Of a stretch of 64,000 nt of DNA, positions 1-12,959 are shown one piece after another. Both the position numbers and the translations under genes were made by a program. Source of the DNA: an uncultured delta proteobacterium (GTDB lineage: Bacteria; Myxococcota_A; Polyangia; Polyangiales; Polyangiaceae); contig CAWAIF010000003.1 of assembly GCA_963782055.1 (NCBI GenBank), positions 3,456,001 through 3,520,000 of the forward strand, in the 5' to 3' direction. The first letter of the stretch is position 1. Each line of letters starts with the position of its first letter. The notes beneath the pieces are model-generated. The model was not told the DNA's origin and ran no database searches. It was given only the letters and a program-made list of their open reading frames with translations.

Positions 1-3000
1 CCTCGGTGAGCTGCGCGGGGTTGATGCCGGGCGGCGTCCACTGCGGCGCGAAGATCTTCAGCCACGCCCCGACGAGGATGGGCACGTCGCCCTGGCCGAC
101 GCGGGCGAACGCCGAGCCGTGCACCTGGATGAGCTTGAGCGCGCGCAGCAGCGCGAAGGAGCGCGCCTTCTCGCTGCTCGCCTTGAGCATCGGCTCGCCG
201 AACACGAGCGCCGGCGGGTTGGAACCGCCCGGCAGGCACACGTTGCCGAGCTGCGGCGAGACGAAGAGCTGCATGTTGGCCATGCCCACCGACTGGGCGA
301 TGCCCATCACCGCGCGGCCGAAGGCGTCGCCCGGGTCGAGCAGCGTGGCGCGGAGCTGGCGCGGGTCGAAGGGCGCCGCCGCGTCGAGCGCGTGGCCGGT
401 CCGCGCGAGCAGGCCGCGCGCGGCGGGCGTCATGGCCTCCGGCGCGATGAGCTCGTCCAGCCTGGGGTCGAGGGCGCGCGCCTCGGCGCCGGCGATGTCG
501 GCGGGCTCCCCGGTGAAGGCCGCGAGCGTCGCCGCCACCGCGCGCGCGGCGTCCGTCTTGCCGCGGATGTCGTGGACGGTGGCCATCGTCTCGAACAGGG
601 CAGGGGAGAAGCGGCCCGCGGCGAAGGCGCGGCGCGCGTCGCCGGCGGCGCGGTCGAGCAGGATGTTCACCGCCGGGGTCTGCTTGTGCCGCACGTAGAA
701 CTCGGCGAGCGCGCGCAGGATGTTGACGTCGCTCGGGAACTCGCGCCGCGCCGACTCCAGCGTCTGCTCCGCCTTGCGCAGGTCGTGCGAGACGGTCTCG
801 TAGATGCTGGCCAGGCCGATGGTGCGCAGCCGCTTGGTGGCCGGGTCCGACGCGGTGGCCAGGAGCTGCTGCTGGATCTCCATAGCCTGGGGGGCGTCGT
901 TCTGCCGCTTGTAGACCTCGACGAGCTGCTCCTTGGCGGCGACGTCCTCCGGCGCGCGCTTGAGCACCTCGCGCAGCGCCACCTCCGCCCGCGAGAGGTT
1001 GCCGATGTGACCTGCGTAGAGGTCCCCGAGGCGGCGGTAGATGGCGAGCTGCTCCTCCGGGGAGGCGACGAGACGAGCGAGGCGCACCCACGCCTGCTCG
1101 GCACCCTCCCAATCCTCCCGCTTGGCGCACATGTCGCCGAAGGCCGTGAGCGCGCCGACGTGGTCCGGCTGCACCGCCAGCGCCGCCTCGAAGGCCTCCT
1201 TCGCGACGGCGAACTCGCCCACCTCGGCGAGGGCGCTGCCGCGCTCCACCTCCAGCGCGACGCGCTCGTCGGGGTCGAGCACCGTCGAGATGCGTCGCTC
1301 CAGCAGCGAGGCGAGCTCGTTGCGCGCGCCGCGCGCGGCGTACAGCTTGGAGAGTCGGCCGAAGATGTCCTTGAAGGCGATGTTGATCGAGGCGGCCTGC
1401 TCGAACGCCGCGACGCCGCGACCCTGGTCCTTGGCCTCGTCCACCAGGATGCGGCCGGCCTCGTACCAGGCCTCCAGCCGGTGCTCGTCCACCGCGCTCG
1501 TCCGCGCGAGGCTCTCCAGCGCGTCGGCCGCCTGCGCGTGCTCTCCGCGGCGCGTGCGCAGCTGCGCCAGCGCGCGCCACGCCGTCACGTCCCCCGGGTC
1601 CTCGCGGGTCGCGCGCTCGAGCAGCTCCAGCGCGTCGTCCAGCTTGCCGACGCGCTCCGCCGCCTCCGCCCCACGCGCCAGCAGCGCCGCCAGCTCCACC
1701 GGGCGCGACGCCCGGGCGATGAGCGCGCGGGTGGACTCCAGCAGCGCCGCGTCGTCTTCCTTCGCGCGGGCGTGCGCGTTGCCGAGGCGCAGCGACCAGA
1801 GCGACGCCGCTGGCTGCCGGGCCCCGAGCTCGGCGAGATCGCGGGTGCCGTCCCAGTCGCCGTTGCGCATGCGCAGGCGCGCGGCCACCTCCGCGTGGGC
1901 CGACGCCTCGCCGCCCTTCTGGTCCAGCATCCGCGCGATCGCCGTGAGCACGGGCTCCAGCTCGTCGTCTCGCCGCTCGCCGAGCAGGGCGTGCTCGACG
2001 TAGCGGAGGCTCAGCGCGTGGTCGGGCGTCTCCTCCAGGATGGAGCGGTGCCAGAGCAGCGCGCTGCCGGGATCGTTGCGGGCGAGGGCGTCGAGCTCGG
2101 CGAGGCGCTCGTAGGCCTCGGTCCGCGCGCGCACGTCGGGGGCGGTGCGCGCCAGGGAGAGCAGCTCGTCGGCCAGCCGGGAGGCCTCGCCCGCGGCCAG
2201 CTCGGCGCGCTCGCGGGCGATGAGCGCCAGCGGCGGCCCCTTGCCCTCCGGCGTCGCGGCCTGCGCGGCGCGCAGCGCACCCTCGCGGTCCCCGCTGCGC
2301 TCGTACTCGTAGACCGCCTCGAGCAGCAGGGTCTCGCGCGCGTCGCCCGCGGCCGCGGCCGCGCGCTGCTCCCGCCAGGCGGCGCGGTCGGGCGGGGGCT
2401 CGGGGGCCATGCGCTCGTAGAGCTGGCGCAGCGCGACGTCCTCCGGACGGGCCCGGTGGGCCTCCTCCAGCCGCTCGCTCGCCAGCGCGGGCTCCTTGTC
2501 GGCGATGAGGAGGGCCTCGCGCACGTTGTCGAAGGCGCGCTCGATCGGGTCGGCGGAGGCCTTCTGCCGCTCGCGCAGCCAGCGGAGCACCTCGTCCAGA
2601 TCGCCGCGCTCGCGGGCGATGCGCTCGGCGAGGAACGCCGCCACCGGCACGCCCGGCGCGCCCTCGTGGACCTGCTCGAGGGCGGGGAGGCGCGCGTCCT
2701 CCTCCGGCGTACGCCGCAGGTAGGCCTCCAGCCGCAGCAGGGCCGCGCGTACGGGATCCTCCTCCTCCGCGGCGAGCCGCTGGATGTCCGCCACCGGATC
2801 GACCGAGCTGTCGACCGCCGCGAGGGCGCGCAGGGCGGCCTCGTTGGCGGCGTCGGCGTCCAGGGCGGATCGGTACGCCGCGGCGGCCCGCTCGGGGAGG
2901 CCGGCGCGCTCGGCGATGAGCGCGGAGGCCAGGTAGCGATCCGTCCGGCCGGACTCCGCGCCCTCGCCCCACGCAGAGAGCGTGGCGCTCACCTCGTCGT

Positions 3001-5002
3001 GGTGGCCCTCGCGCGCGGACTCGTCCAGGCGCAGGGCCCGGGTCGTCTGCGGCGCGTGCGCGGCGAGCGCCTCGATGGCGGCGTCGATCGCGGCGGGCGG
3101 CGCGTGCTGGCCGAGGAGCCGCGCGAGCTGTGAGGCCGCGCGCGCGCCGGGCGCGCCGGCGACGCGCTCGGCGAAGGAGGACAGCACCGCGACCTCGGCG
3201 CCCGCCCCGGGGCGCGCCACGATCGGCGTGGCCGCGGCGGCCAGGGTGACGCCGTCGTCGGTGGCGGCGAGTGCCTCCAGATCATGCAGGCGCCTGTCGT
3301 CCTCGAAGCCGGCGAGCGCCGCGAGAGCCACGCGCTCGGCCGGGGAGAAGGAGCTACCTCCAGCGACGGCGCGCGCGACGATGGCCGCGTCGCCGAGCTC
3401 CATGCCGCGGGCGGCCATGGCGCGCCGCGCCAGCTCGTCTCCCGCCTCCACCAGCGGGCCGAGCAGCTCCACCGCGCGGGCGCGGGCCGTGGTGCGCGTG
3501 GCCGCGAGCGTGGCGGCGAGCCAGCGCGCGCCGCCGGCGAGCGCGGCGTCCGACGTGATCTCGCCGACACGCTCGGCGGCCGCGACGACGTCGCCCTTCT
3601 CCACCGCGGCTCGTGCGCGCCTCATGGCGTCGTCGGCCGAGGTGCCCTCGCGCGCCTCGCCGCGCTCCACCCCGCGCAGGCGCAGCGCCGAGTCGATCGC
3701 CGTCGCGAGCGTCGGGAGGCTGTCCGGCGCGCGCAGCGCCGGGCTGTTCAGCTCCCCGCGCGAGAGGGCCCTGGCGGCCCGCGCGGTCACCACGCGCGCG
3801 TCGCCCGGCGCCATGCGCGTCGCCTGCTCCAGGCGCTTGGCGGCGCCCTCGTCGTCCCCGGAGGCGCCGAGCGCCTGCGACGCGAGCAGCGCGCCGTGCA
3901 GCTTCGCCGCGTGCACGGGCGCGTGCCGGAGCTCCTCGTCGATGCTGGACACGATCGCCTCTCCGTCGCGCGGGCCCAGGCCGCGGAGCTGACGGTGGGC
4001 GAGCGCCATGTGCGGCGCCAGCTCGATCGCCTCCCGGGCGAGCCGCTCGGCGTCCTCGGAGTCGCCGGCCATCGCGCGCAGCTCGCTGGCGACGAGGAGG
4101 GTCTGCGCGCTGCCCATCTTGTCGACGACGTTGTGCGCCTCCTCCTCCAGCCAGGTGGCGCGCTCGCGCACCGCCTCCAGCATCGTCTCGTCGAGAAGCT
4201 GGACGACGGGCAGCTCGTCCTCGAAGACGATGGCGTCGGCCGGGGCCGCGGGCGGCGCCGGCGGGACCGCCTCGACCTCCGCGGTGCTCGCGAGGGCCGG
4301 CACGTCCTCGGCCTCCTCGCTCTCGGGTACGACCGCCGGCGTGGGCGGCGCCTCCTCTGCTTCGTCGAACGCCGGCGCGGTCGGCTGCGCGGAGCGCGGC
4401 GGCGGGAGGTCCTTCGGCTCCTCCAGGCCGCCGAGCAGCTGCTCCAGCTCGTCGTCCTCGTTCGTCGGGGCGGCCGGTGCGGCTGGCCGGGGGGGCGGCG
4501 GCTTGCGCGGTCGGTCGTCGAAGGGGTCGAACATCGCTCCCTCCGGGATCTCCGGCTCCGACTCCCCGGGCACCTGCAGCGGCTCCGGCGGCCCGATGTC
4601 CGGCGGGGCCGCCACGTCCACCGCGCTCGTCACCACGCCTTCCTCGTCGTCCTCCGCGCGGTAGTGCTTGCGCTCGACCGGCGCCTCCAGCTCCACCTCG
4701 ATGTCGTCTTCCTTGCGGGCGGCGTCGCCCCGGGCGAAGAGCTGGCTCAGCCCACCGCGCCGCTTGGGGAGGGGCGGGGGCGCGGGCCTGCCGGCACGCG
4801 CGGCGATCTGGGCGCTGGCGGGGTCGATGGTGGGCGCCGGCGGGCGGTAGAGCGGCTTGGAGGCGGACGGCGCCGCGGGCGCGGCCGGTTCCTTCGGCGC
4901 GGCCTCCTTCTCCTCGTCCTCGGCCGGGTCCTTGTCCCACTCGGCCAGGGCGGCGTCCCAGTCGAAGTCCTGAAGGGGGCCCTTCTTGTCGTCGTCGGTC
5001 AT
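1..5002 (-). CDS. Giant TPR-repeat protein with acidic/Pro-rich N-terminus; runs off the left edge of the window
   Basis: Translated by hand from ATG at 5002: MTDDDKKGPLQDFDWDAALAEWDKDP..., then Ala/Leu/Glu-rich helical TPR-like repeats (e.g. AERLAREAIELAPHMALAHRQL). Long plus-strand shadow ORFs (119-3133, 3284-5113) are in the same codon register. Absent from the ORF track because it has no stop in the window. Resembles myxobacterial AgmK-type TPR proteins (inference). Confidence 0.8.
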   Translation of the reverse strand, partial: MTDDDKKGPLQDFDWDAALAEWDKDPAEDEEKEAAPKEPAAPAAPSASKPLYRPPAPTIDPASAQIAARAGRPAPPPLPKRRGGLSQLFARGDAARKEDDIEVELEAPVERKHYRAEDDEEGVVTSAVDVAAPPDIGPPEPLQVPGESEPEIPEGAMFDPFDDRPRKPPPPRPAAPAAPTNEDDELEQLLGGLEEPKDLPPPRSAQPTAPAFDEAEEAPPTPAVVPESEEAEDVPALASTAEVEAVPPAPPAAPADAIVFEDELPVVQLLDETMLEAVRERATWLEEEAHNVVDKMGSAQTLLVASELRAMAGDSEDAERLAREAIELAPHMALAHRQLRGLGPRDGEAIVSSIDEELRHAPVHAAKLHGALLASQALGASGDDEGAAKRLEQATRMAPGDARVVTARAARALSRGELNSPALRAPDSLPTLATAIDSALRLRGVERGEAREGTSADDAMRRARAAVEKGDVVAAAERVGEITSDAALAGGARWLAATLAATRTTARARAVELLGPLVEAGDELARRAMAARGMELGDAAIVARAVAGGSSFSPAERVALAALAGFEDDRRLHDLEALAATDDGVTLAAAATPIVARPGAGAEVAVLSSFAERVAGAPGARAASQLARLLGQHAPPAAIDAAIEALAAHAPQTTRALRLDESAREGHHDEVSATLSAWGEGAESGRTDRYLASALIAERAGLPERAAAAYRSALDADAANEAALRALAAVDSSVDPVADIQRLAAEEEDPVRAALLRLEAYLRRTPEEDARLPALEQVHEGAPGVPVAAFLAERIARERGDLDEVLRWLRERQKASADPIERAFDNVREALLIADKEPALASERLEEAHRARPEDVALRQLYERMAPEPPPDRAAWREQRAAAAAGDARETLLLEAVYEYERSGDREGALRAAQAATPEGKGPPLALIARERAELAAGEASRLADELLSLARTAPDVRARTEAYERLAELDALARNDPGSALLWHRSILEETPDHALSLRYVEHALLGERRDDELEPVLTAIARMLDQKGGEASAHAEVAARLRMRNGDWDGTRDLAELGARQPAASLWSLRLGNAHARAKEDDAALLESTRALIARASRPVELAALLARGAEAAERVGKLDDALELLERATREDPGDVTAWRALAQLRTRRGEHAQAADALESLARTSAVDEHRLEAWYEAGRILVDEAKDQGRGVAAFEQAASINIAFKDIFGRLSKLYAARGARNELASLLERRISTVLDPDERVALEVERGSALAEVGEFAVAKEAFEAALAVQPDHVGALTAFGDMCAKREDWEGAEQAWVRLARLVASPEEQLAIYRRLGDLYAGHIGNLSRAEVALREVLKRAPEDVAAKEQLVEVYKRQNDAPQAMEIQQQLLATASDPATKRLRTIGLASIYETVSHDLRKAEQTLESARREFPSDVNILRALAEFYVRHKQTPAVNILLDRAAGDARRAFAAGRFSPALFETMATVHDIRGKTDAARAVAATLAAFTGEPADIAGAEARALDPRLDELIAPEAMTPAARGLLARTGHALDAAAPFDPRQLRATLLDPGDAFGRAVMGIAQSVGMANMQLFVSPQLGNVCLPGGSNPPALVFGEPMLKASSEKARSFALLRALKLIQVHGSAFARVGQGDVPILVGAWLKIFAPQWTPPGINPAQLTE

Positions 5003-8000
5003 GATGGTCCCTCGAGGCCGAGGGCCCTGCGCACTTGCAGGTACGCCGGCGAGAGGACGAAGCGCAGCAGATCCTGCGCGCGCGGGTCGGCCGCCGCGGC
5101 GGGGGGCACCTGATCGGCGAGGACGGCGGAGGCGTCGCCGCACGCGACGACGGCGGCGCGCGCCTGCGACGCGAGCGCGCGCTGGGCGTAGAGCTTGGGG
5201 TCGAGCCGGCCCTGCGCGATGGGTCCGCAGAATCTCCGGGAGGGCCTTGCGCGTCCTGCGCGCGATGGCCTTGGAGACGAGCTTCTCCACCTCGGCCAGC
5301 ACCGCGTAGGGCGGAGCCTCAATCGGCACGTCTGCGATGCGGCACGCGGCGACGACGATCGCCGCCACGGTGGTCTCGTCGCGGGTGCGGAGCACGCTCG
5401 TCCCCCGCGCGAGGCCGAAGATCTCGCGCACGACGCGGGCGCGCGCCGCGACGTCGAAGGGCGCGTTGACGCTCGCTCCGACGACGATCGCCGGGGTGTC
5501 TCCGGGGACGCCCTGCACACCGAGCGGATCCTTGCCGCCCACGTAGAGGTCGAACTCCGGCAGGCCGAAGGTGCCCGCCCACGCGGCCATCTCGTTCCGC
5601 AGCGCGAGGCCCGCGCGCGGGTCGACGCGATCACGCTTGCCCACGCCGAGCGCCTGCAGCGACGGACCGAGCGCCTCCGCAAGCGTGGGCGCCAGCAGCG
5701 CGAAGAGGGCGGCGATCGGGCCGTCGTCCCCCACGCAGAGGAGCATCTGCAGGTGGCTGGGGCCGAGCGCGATCTGCGGCACCGTGCGCGGCTGCCGCGC
5801 ACGGAGCTGCGCCAGCGTCTGCTCGAGCACGGCGTCGCGGCCGGCGAGGGCGACCGCCACCGTCGCCGCGGTACCTTGCAGGCCCTGCTCGCCCAGCGCG
5901 CCGGCGACGCGGGCGAGGCGGCGGGCGGCGTCGGCGTCGGAGGGCTGCTTCTGCAGCGCCCCCAGCAGCGTGGCGCGCGCCGCGCCGAGCAGCGCTTGCT
6001 TGTCGGGCACGTCGATCTCCAGCAGCAGGTCGACCGCCTCGCCGTCGCCGGGAGCCTCCTCCAGGAGCTTGTGTACCACCACCGCGGCGCGCTCCTTGGC
6101 GCCGATGCGATCACGGTAGATCGCCATCGCCAGGCGCGCGGCCTCGATGCGGCCGGCCGCCTCCGGGCGCTCGCGCATCAGCTCCTCCAGGATGGAGGTG
6201 GCCTCTTCCCACGAGCCGGTCTTGGCGGCAGCCTTGGCGAGGCGCTCGCGCACGGGCAGGGTGGAGAGCTTGGCCTTGTGGAGCGACACCAGCACGCGCA
6301 GCGCCTGCTCCGGCTGGTCCAGCTTCTTCTCGTAGAGGTCTACCGCGGCGACACCGGCGGTCACCCGGTTCTTGGCGGGCGCCGCGTCCAGCGTGGCGAG
6401 CCGCGCGAGGCGGTCGGCGGCCTCGGCGTACATGCCGCGGCGGATGAAGATCTCGCCCGTGAGCGCCAGCGCGCCCACGTGGTCCGGCTCGATCATCGTG
6501 ACGTTCTCCAGGGCATGGAGCGCGCCGTCGGAGTCGCCCTTCTCGCGCAGCACGCGCGCCTGCTCCCAGAAGAGCTTCGCCACCTCCGGCGGGTCGTCGG
6601 TGTGCTCCAGCCGGACCTGCATCAGCTCGAGGAGGCGGTCACCATCCTTGCGCGCGCGCACGCGGCGGAAGAGCTTGTCGAAGGCCGTGGGCCTGCGGGC
6701 GTCACGCTGGAAGCTGGCGGCCAGGGCCTCCTCGCCCGCCTGCTCGTTGCCGATCTCCAGCCAGAGGTTGCCCGCCTCCTCCCAGAAGGTGGCGCCGCGC
6801 GTGGCCGCCCCGCAACGCCCGCCCAGCTCCTGCGCCGCCACGGCCTGCAGCTCCTTGTTGCCCTGCGCCTCCGCCGCCGTGCGCAGCCCCTCCCACGCGG
6901 TGAGGTCGTCGGGGTTGGCCTGCGTGACCGCGGTGAACGCCTCCACCGCGCCGTCGACATCGCCCGCGACGAGCAGCGACCAGCCGCCCATGCTCATCGC
7001 GTGCGCCTGCGCGTCCTCGCCGAGCACCGTGCCCAGGTTGCAGAGCGCGGTGGCGCGTCGCCGCGGGTCGCATCCTGGCGGCGCCAGCTCCAGGTTGGCT
7101 AGGCGCGCGGCGTTCGTCTCGCCGCCGAGCAGGTGAACGGCGGCGGGGGAGTCCGCGCGCAGCATCGCCGAGAGGGCGGCGCTCGCCTCGAGGGCGTCGT
7201 GCGCCTCCGGCTCGAGCGACGACGCCAGCGCGTGCCGCGCCGCCGCCTCCGCGACGGCGTCTCCGGAAGACGTCGCGCTCACCAGCCACTCCAGGGCGGC
7301 GCTCGCCCCGCCGCCCACGTCGAACCAGCCCTCTGCTGCGGCCGTCGCGGCCTCGGCGTCCTGCTCGCGCTCGGCGCGGTAGCGCTCGGCGCCGGCGAAG
7401 GCGGGCGCGCCGGCCTCGGCGATGCGGGCGAGGGCGCCTGTGAGCAGCGCAGGATCGGGCGAGGCCGGCGGCCAGAGCACGCGCGCCAGCGCGCCGGCGA
7501 TGGCGAGGTCGCGTCCGGGCATGCCCTCCTCCACCTCGGCGAGGGCGTCGGCCGCGGCGTCGGCGTCGGAGGCGGCGAGCTCGGTCGCGAAGCGCTCGAG
7601 CGCGAGCAGGCGCGTGTCCCCGCCACCCTCCTTCGCGCGGGCGATGGCCTTGCGGCGTCCCTCCACGCTGTCCGGCTCGATGGCGCGAGAGGCCCACCCG
7701 AGCAGCACGCGGGCCGGGTCCGGCCGCAGGGCATCGGGGTCGGCAGGGATCTTCTCCGCCGCCATCTCGAAGTCTTCCAGCCCGACGTGCTTGTCCCCCG
7801 CGCGCCAGCGCAGCAGGCCGGCGAAGAGGAGCTGCGAGGCCGCGGCCTGCGGGTCCTCCGTCGCCGCGGCCGCCTCCTCCGCCACGATGGCGGCGGCGGT
7901 CGGGTCGCCCGCGGCGAGCTCCATCTCCTGCAGCAGGCCCACGACGAGCAGGTCGTCCTTCTGCCCGGCGAACAGATCGCGCAGCACCTCGCGCGCGGTG

Positions 8001-9808
8001 TCGGCGTCGCCGCCGCGCTCGGCGCGCAGGGCGGCGATGAGCTTCAGCGCGCGGGCGAGGTCCGGGTCGGCGTCCAGCGCGGCGAGCTCACGCCACGCCG
8101 CGGCGCTCGCGGCGCCGTCGCCGCCGGGCAGGAGCGCTTCCAGCGCTTGGCCCAGCCACGCTCCGGACGGCAGCGCCGCCAGCTCGGCGAGCGCGCGCTT
8201 GGCTCCCTCCTGATCGTCGCGCGCCAGCCGGGAGCGCGCGATCTCGAACCAGAGCTGCGGCAGCTCGGCGTCCGTCGCCCCGCCCACCACCAGCCGGCGC
8301 GCCGCCTCGTCCTGCCAGGTGGCGTCGCCGGAGACCATCGCCAGCATGCGTCCGAAGCGGGCCACGGTGGCGGGCGCGACGCCGTACATCGCCGCCTGGC
8401 TGAGCGCCGCCTTTGCCGCCGCCACGTCCCCCGCGCGGATGCCCCACACGAAGGCGGAGAGCAGCAGCAGCTTGCCGCGCGCCTCGTCGGTCGCGAGCGC
8501 GTCGGCGGACGCCTCAATCTGCTCGGCGAAGCTCGTCGCGTCGCTCGAGCCGGCGAGCAGGTCGAGCTGCAGCGCGCGTGCCGGGATGCTGCCGGGGTCG
8601 GCCTTCGCTGCACGCGTCACGGCCTCCAGCGCCTTGCCGGCGTCGCCGTTGCCCGCGGCCTCCTCCGCGACGCGCATGGCGAGCGCGGCGATCGTCGGGC
8701 CGTCGGTCTCGGTGGCGAGCCGTCGCTCGGCGAGCGACGCGGCAACGGCCGAGTCCCCCACCGTCTCCGCGGCCCGGATGCGCGCGGCCAGCAGCGCGCG
8801 CACCACCAGCGGGTCGGCCTCGCCCTCCGGCTGCTCCGCGCCGGCGAGCAGCTCGAGCGCGCGATCCAGCACCGTCGCGGCGCGCCCGGCGTCACCGCTC
8901 AGCCGCCACACGTCCGCCGCGCGCAGGTACGCGTCAGCGATGAACGCGCGGTCCCGCAGCCACTGCGGCACGCCCAGCTCGTCGCCGCGCTCGGCGTTGC
9001 TCATCGCCTCGGCGATGAGCGCGGCCTGTGCCTCCAGCGCCTCCGCGTAGGCGGTCGCCCGCGTCCTGGCTTCGTCGGTGCCCGGCAGACCGGGCTCGGT
9101 GCGCGCCAGACGCTCCGCCGCGACGGCCGCGGCGAAGGTGGCCCCGGAGCCGAGCGCGCGCGCGTCCCCGAAGCGCTCGAGGGCGCGGTCCACCTCGCCG
9201 GCGGCGGCCGCCATGCGGCCGAGGTCCAGCAGAAGCAGCGCCTTCCAGCTGGCCGAGTCGGTGCGCTTGGCGCGCTCGGTCATCGCCTCCTCGCGCAGCG
9301 CGGCGTCGCCGAGGCGCGCGGCGACCAGCTCGAGGGCGAGGGCGGCCGTCGCCGTCTCGGGGAGCGCGGGATCCTGCTCGCCGACGCGCAGCGCCTCCAG
9401 CACCACGCCCTTGGCCGCGTCCACGTCGCCCTGCACGTCCTCCAGGTACGCCGCGCGCATCACCAGCGCGCGCGCCTTCTCCGCGGGCGTGACCGCGGCG
9501 CGGTCCAGCGCGTCGATCACCCGCCCGAGGTTCTTGAGCGAGCGACGTCGCTCCAGCAAGCGCACGAGCGCCTCCAGCGGCTCGCGGAAGGTGGGGTCCG
9601 CGTTGAACGCGGCGAGGTAGTCGCGCGCGGCCGCGGGCTCGTCGCCCTCGCGCTCCGCGACCTCCCCCGCCTCCCCGAGCAGGCGCGCCTGGCGTGCCTT
9701 GTCCGGCGCTCGCGTGATCTCCGCGCGGAGCCACTCGGCGTCGGCGGCGCTCGGGTCAGCAGCCCCGTCGTTCTCGGGAGTGCTCGGATTGTTTTCGGTG
9801 TCGGACAT
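4999..9808 (-). CDS. Giant TPR-repeat protein (~1600 aa) with a +1 frameshift near 5231
   Basis: ATG at 9808 gives MSDTENNPSTPENDGAADPSAADAEWLRAEI...AARDYLAAFNADPTFREPLEALVRLLERR (TPR-like). The plausible C-terminus ...DPRAQDLLRFVLSPAYLQVRRALGLEGPS* (stop 4999-5001, ATGA overlap with the next gene) lies in another frame and is joined by removing one base at 5231-5232. Confidence 0.75.
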
Positions 9809-9871
9809 GCGCTCGTCGTCGAGTCGTTCGGGCTGCACAAGCGTGCGGACCGACGACGGGGTGTTGGACCG

Positions 9872-10159
9872 TCACAGGAGCTGGTTCAGCTTCTCGTTGA
9901 TCTTGCCTTCAATCGTACCTTTCATGACGCGAAGCATGAAGGGGAGGTCGACCGTCACCCGGACCGCCTTGTCGCTGACGTGGACGTCCCCGCTGGTCCC
10001 CTTCGCCGCGCCGCTCGGCGCCTCGAAGCGAATGGTGTCCCCCGACCACCGCCAGGTGAGCCCGAGCTTCGCCTCCATGCTCTTGGCCAGCTCTTCTGCC
10101 TTCTGTCGGGCCGCGTCCTTGGAGAGGGTGTGTGCGCGCGTGATGTCGATCGTGGCCAT
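9872..10159 (-). CDS. Putative polyhydroxyalkanoic acid system protein (PHA_gran_rgn family)
   Basis: 95 aa, MATIDITRAHTLSKDAARQKAEELA...W.GDTIRF...VRVTVDLPFML...IEGKINEKL, matching the family pattern as I recall it. Confidence 0.8.
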   Translation of the reverse strand: MATIDITRAHTLSKDAARQKAEELAKSMEAKLGLTWRWSGDTIRFEAPSGAAKGTSGDVHVSDKAVRVTVDLPFMLRVMKGTIEGKINEKLNQLL

Positions 10160-10180
10160 TTCTCTACCTTGCTAGGAGTA

Positions 10181-10771
10181 TCATTCGAGGCGCTTGACGA
10201 TCCAGTACCCCCTCGGCGTGTCTATCGGGCCGCTCACGGCGCCAACGGGCAGTGTAAACAGGACATACTCCGGAGCCGGCTCCAGGATCCCGCGATAGAC
10301 GCGGCCCACGTCGTCGGTCGAGCCGTCGTCGCCGAGGCGCACCGCCGCGTGGAATTCCTTCTTCGCCGTCCCGGCGAGCTGCTTGGCCAGCTCGAGGGCG
10401 GCCTGCTTGCTGCGGCCGTGGCTGGGCGCGTCCTCGGCGCCGACGTAGGTGATCAGCACCACGCCGAAGCGCACGCGGCGCGGGGCGGAGTCGGGCAGGG
10501 GAGGCACGGGCGTGCCGTCCAGCATGTGGTAGCCGACGCCGCCGTCCATCCGCCGCTCCGGCGTCGTGAAGACGGGCAGGTCCAACAGGTCGGCGTCGGT
10601 CACGTCCGGCGGGGGCAGGTCGCCCGCCTCCAGCGCCAGCACCAGGCCCCCGTCCGCGCCGGCGTCCTGTGCGGCGGCCGACGGGTGCCAGCCCTTCATG
10701 GCCTGGGCGGCGAGCCCCACGGCGAGCACGACGACGGCGAGGCCGAGCAGGACCGAGAGCCAGCGCTGCAT
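10181..10771 (-). CDS. Parvulin-type peptidyl-prolyl cis-trans isomerase, membrane-anchored or exported
   Basis: N-terminal hydrophobic segment; rotamase-like C-terminus LPVGAVSGPIDTPRGYWIVKR. Confidence 0.8.
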   Translation of the reverse strand: MQRWLSVLLGLAVVVLAVGLAAQAMKGWHPSAAAQDAGADGGLVLALEAGDLPPPDVTDADLLDLPVFTTPERRMDGGVGYHMLDGTPVPPLPDSAPRRVRFGVVLITYVGAEDAPSHGRSKQAALELAKQLAGTAKKEFHAAVRLGDDGSTDDVGRVYRGILEPAPEYVLFTLPVGAVSGPIDTPRGYWIVKRLE

Positions 10772-10777
10772 CGACGG

Positions 10778-11311
10778 CTAGGTCCCCGAGCCTTCCGCCG
10801 GCGGGGGGATGTCCTCCTCCGCGGCGGGGGGCGGCGGGCCGTACTCTTCGTAAGGACGCATCGTGGCGGGCGGCGGGTCACCGTACAGCTCGAGCTGTGC
10901 GGCGAGCCAGTTCTCCCGCGCGATGAGCGTCTTCAGGCGGGCGGCCGCCTCGGTCGCGGTGGGCTCGGCGGCGTCGGTCATCGCCTTGGCGATGGCCTCC
11001 TGCACGTCGGCGAGGTCCTTGCGCACGATGACGGGATCGATCCCCGGCCGCTCGATGTACTCGTCGGCGAGCAAGAGCACCTTGTCGTGCCCTGCCTCCA
11101 CGAAGCCGCCGCCGACGGCGCACCGCTTCGTCTCCCCGCCTTGCTTGTAGCTGACGATGCCGGTCCGCAGCGCGGCGAGGATGGGCAGGTGGCCCGGCAG
11201 CACGCCGAACTCGCCCTCCACGCTCGGCGCGGTGATCTCGTCGGCCTTCGTCGCGAGGGCGCGCCCGCGCGGCGTGACGATCTCCAGCTCCAGCTTGCTC
11301 TCGTCGGCCAC
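10778..11311 (-). CDS. atpC: F1 ATP synthase epsilon subunit
   Basis: GTG start at 11311: (M)ADESKLELEIVTP...APSVEGEFGVLPGHLP...VGGGFVE; directly downstream of atpD. Confidence 0.95.
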   Translation of the reverse strand: MADESKLELEIVTPRGRALATKADEITAPSVEGEFGVLPGHLPILAALRTGIVSYKQGGETKRCAVGGGFVEAGHDKVLLLADEYIERPGIDPVIVRKDLADVQEAIAKAMTDAAEPTATEAAARLKTLIARENWLAAQLELYGDPPPATMRPYEEYGPPPPAAEEDIPPPAEGSGT

Positions 11312-11318
11312 GGCGCGC

Positions 11319-12863
<1,545 letters not shown>

Positions 12864-12959
12864 TCACGTCGGGTCCAGGGGAGGGTCTGCGGTCCGACCG
12901 AAGACCAGCCCACGGCCCGGAGGGCACGTAGGGTCAACGGAGGCTGATATGAATCGGTC

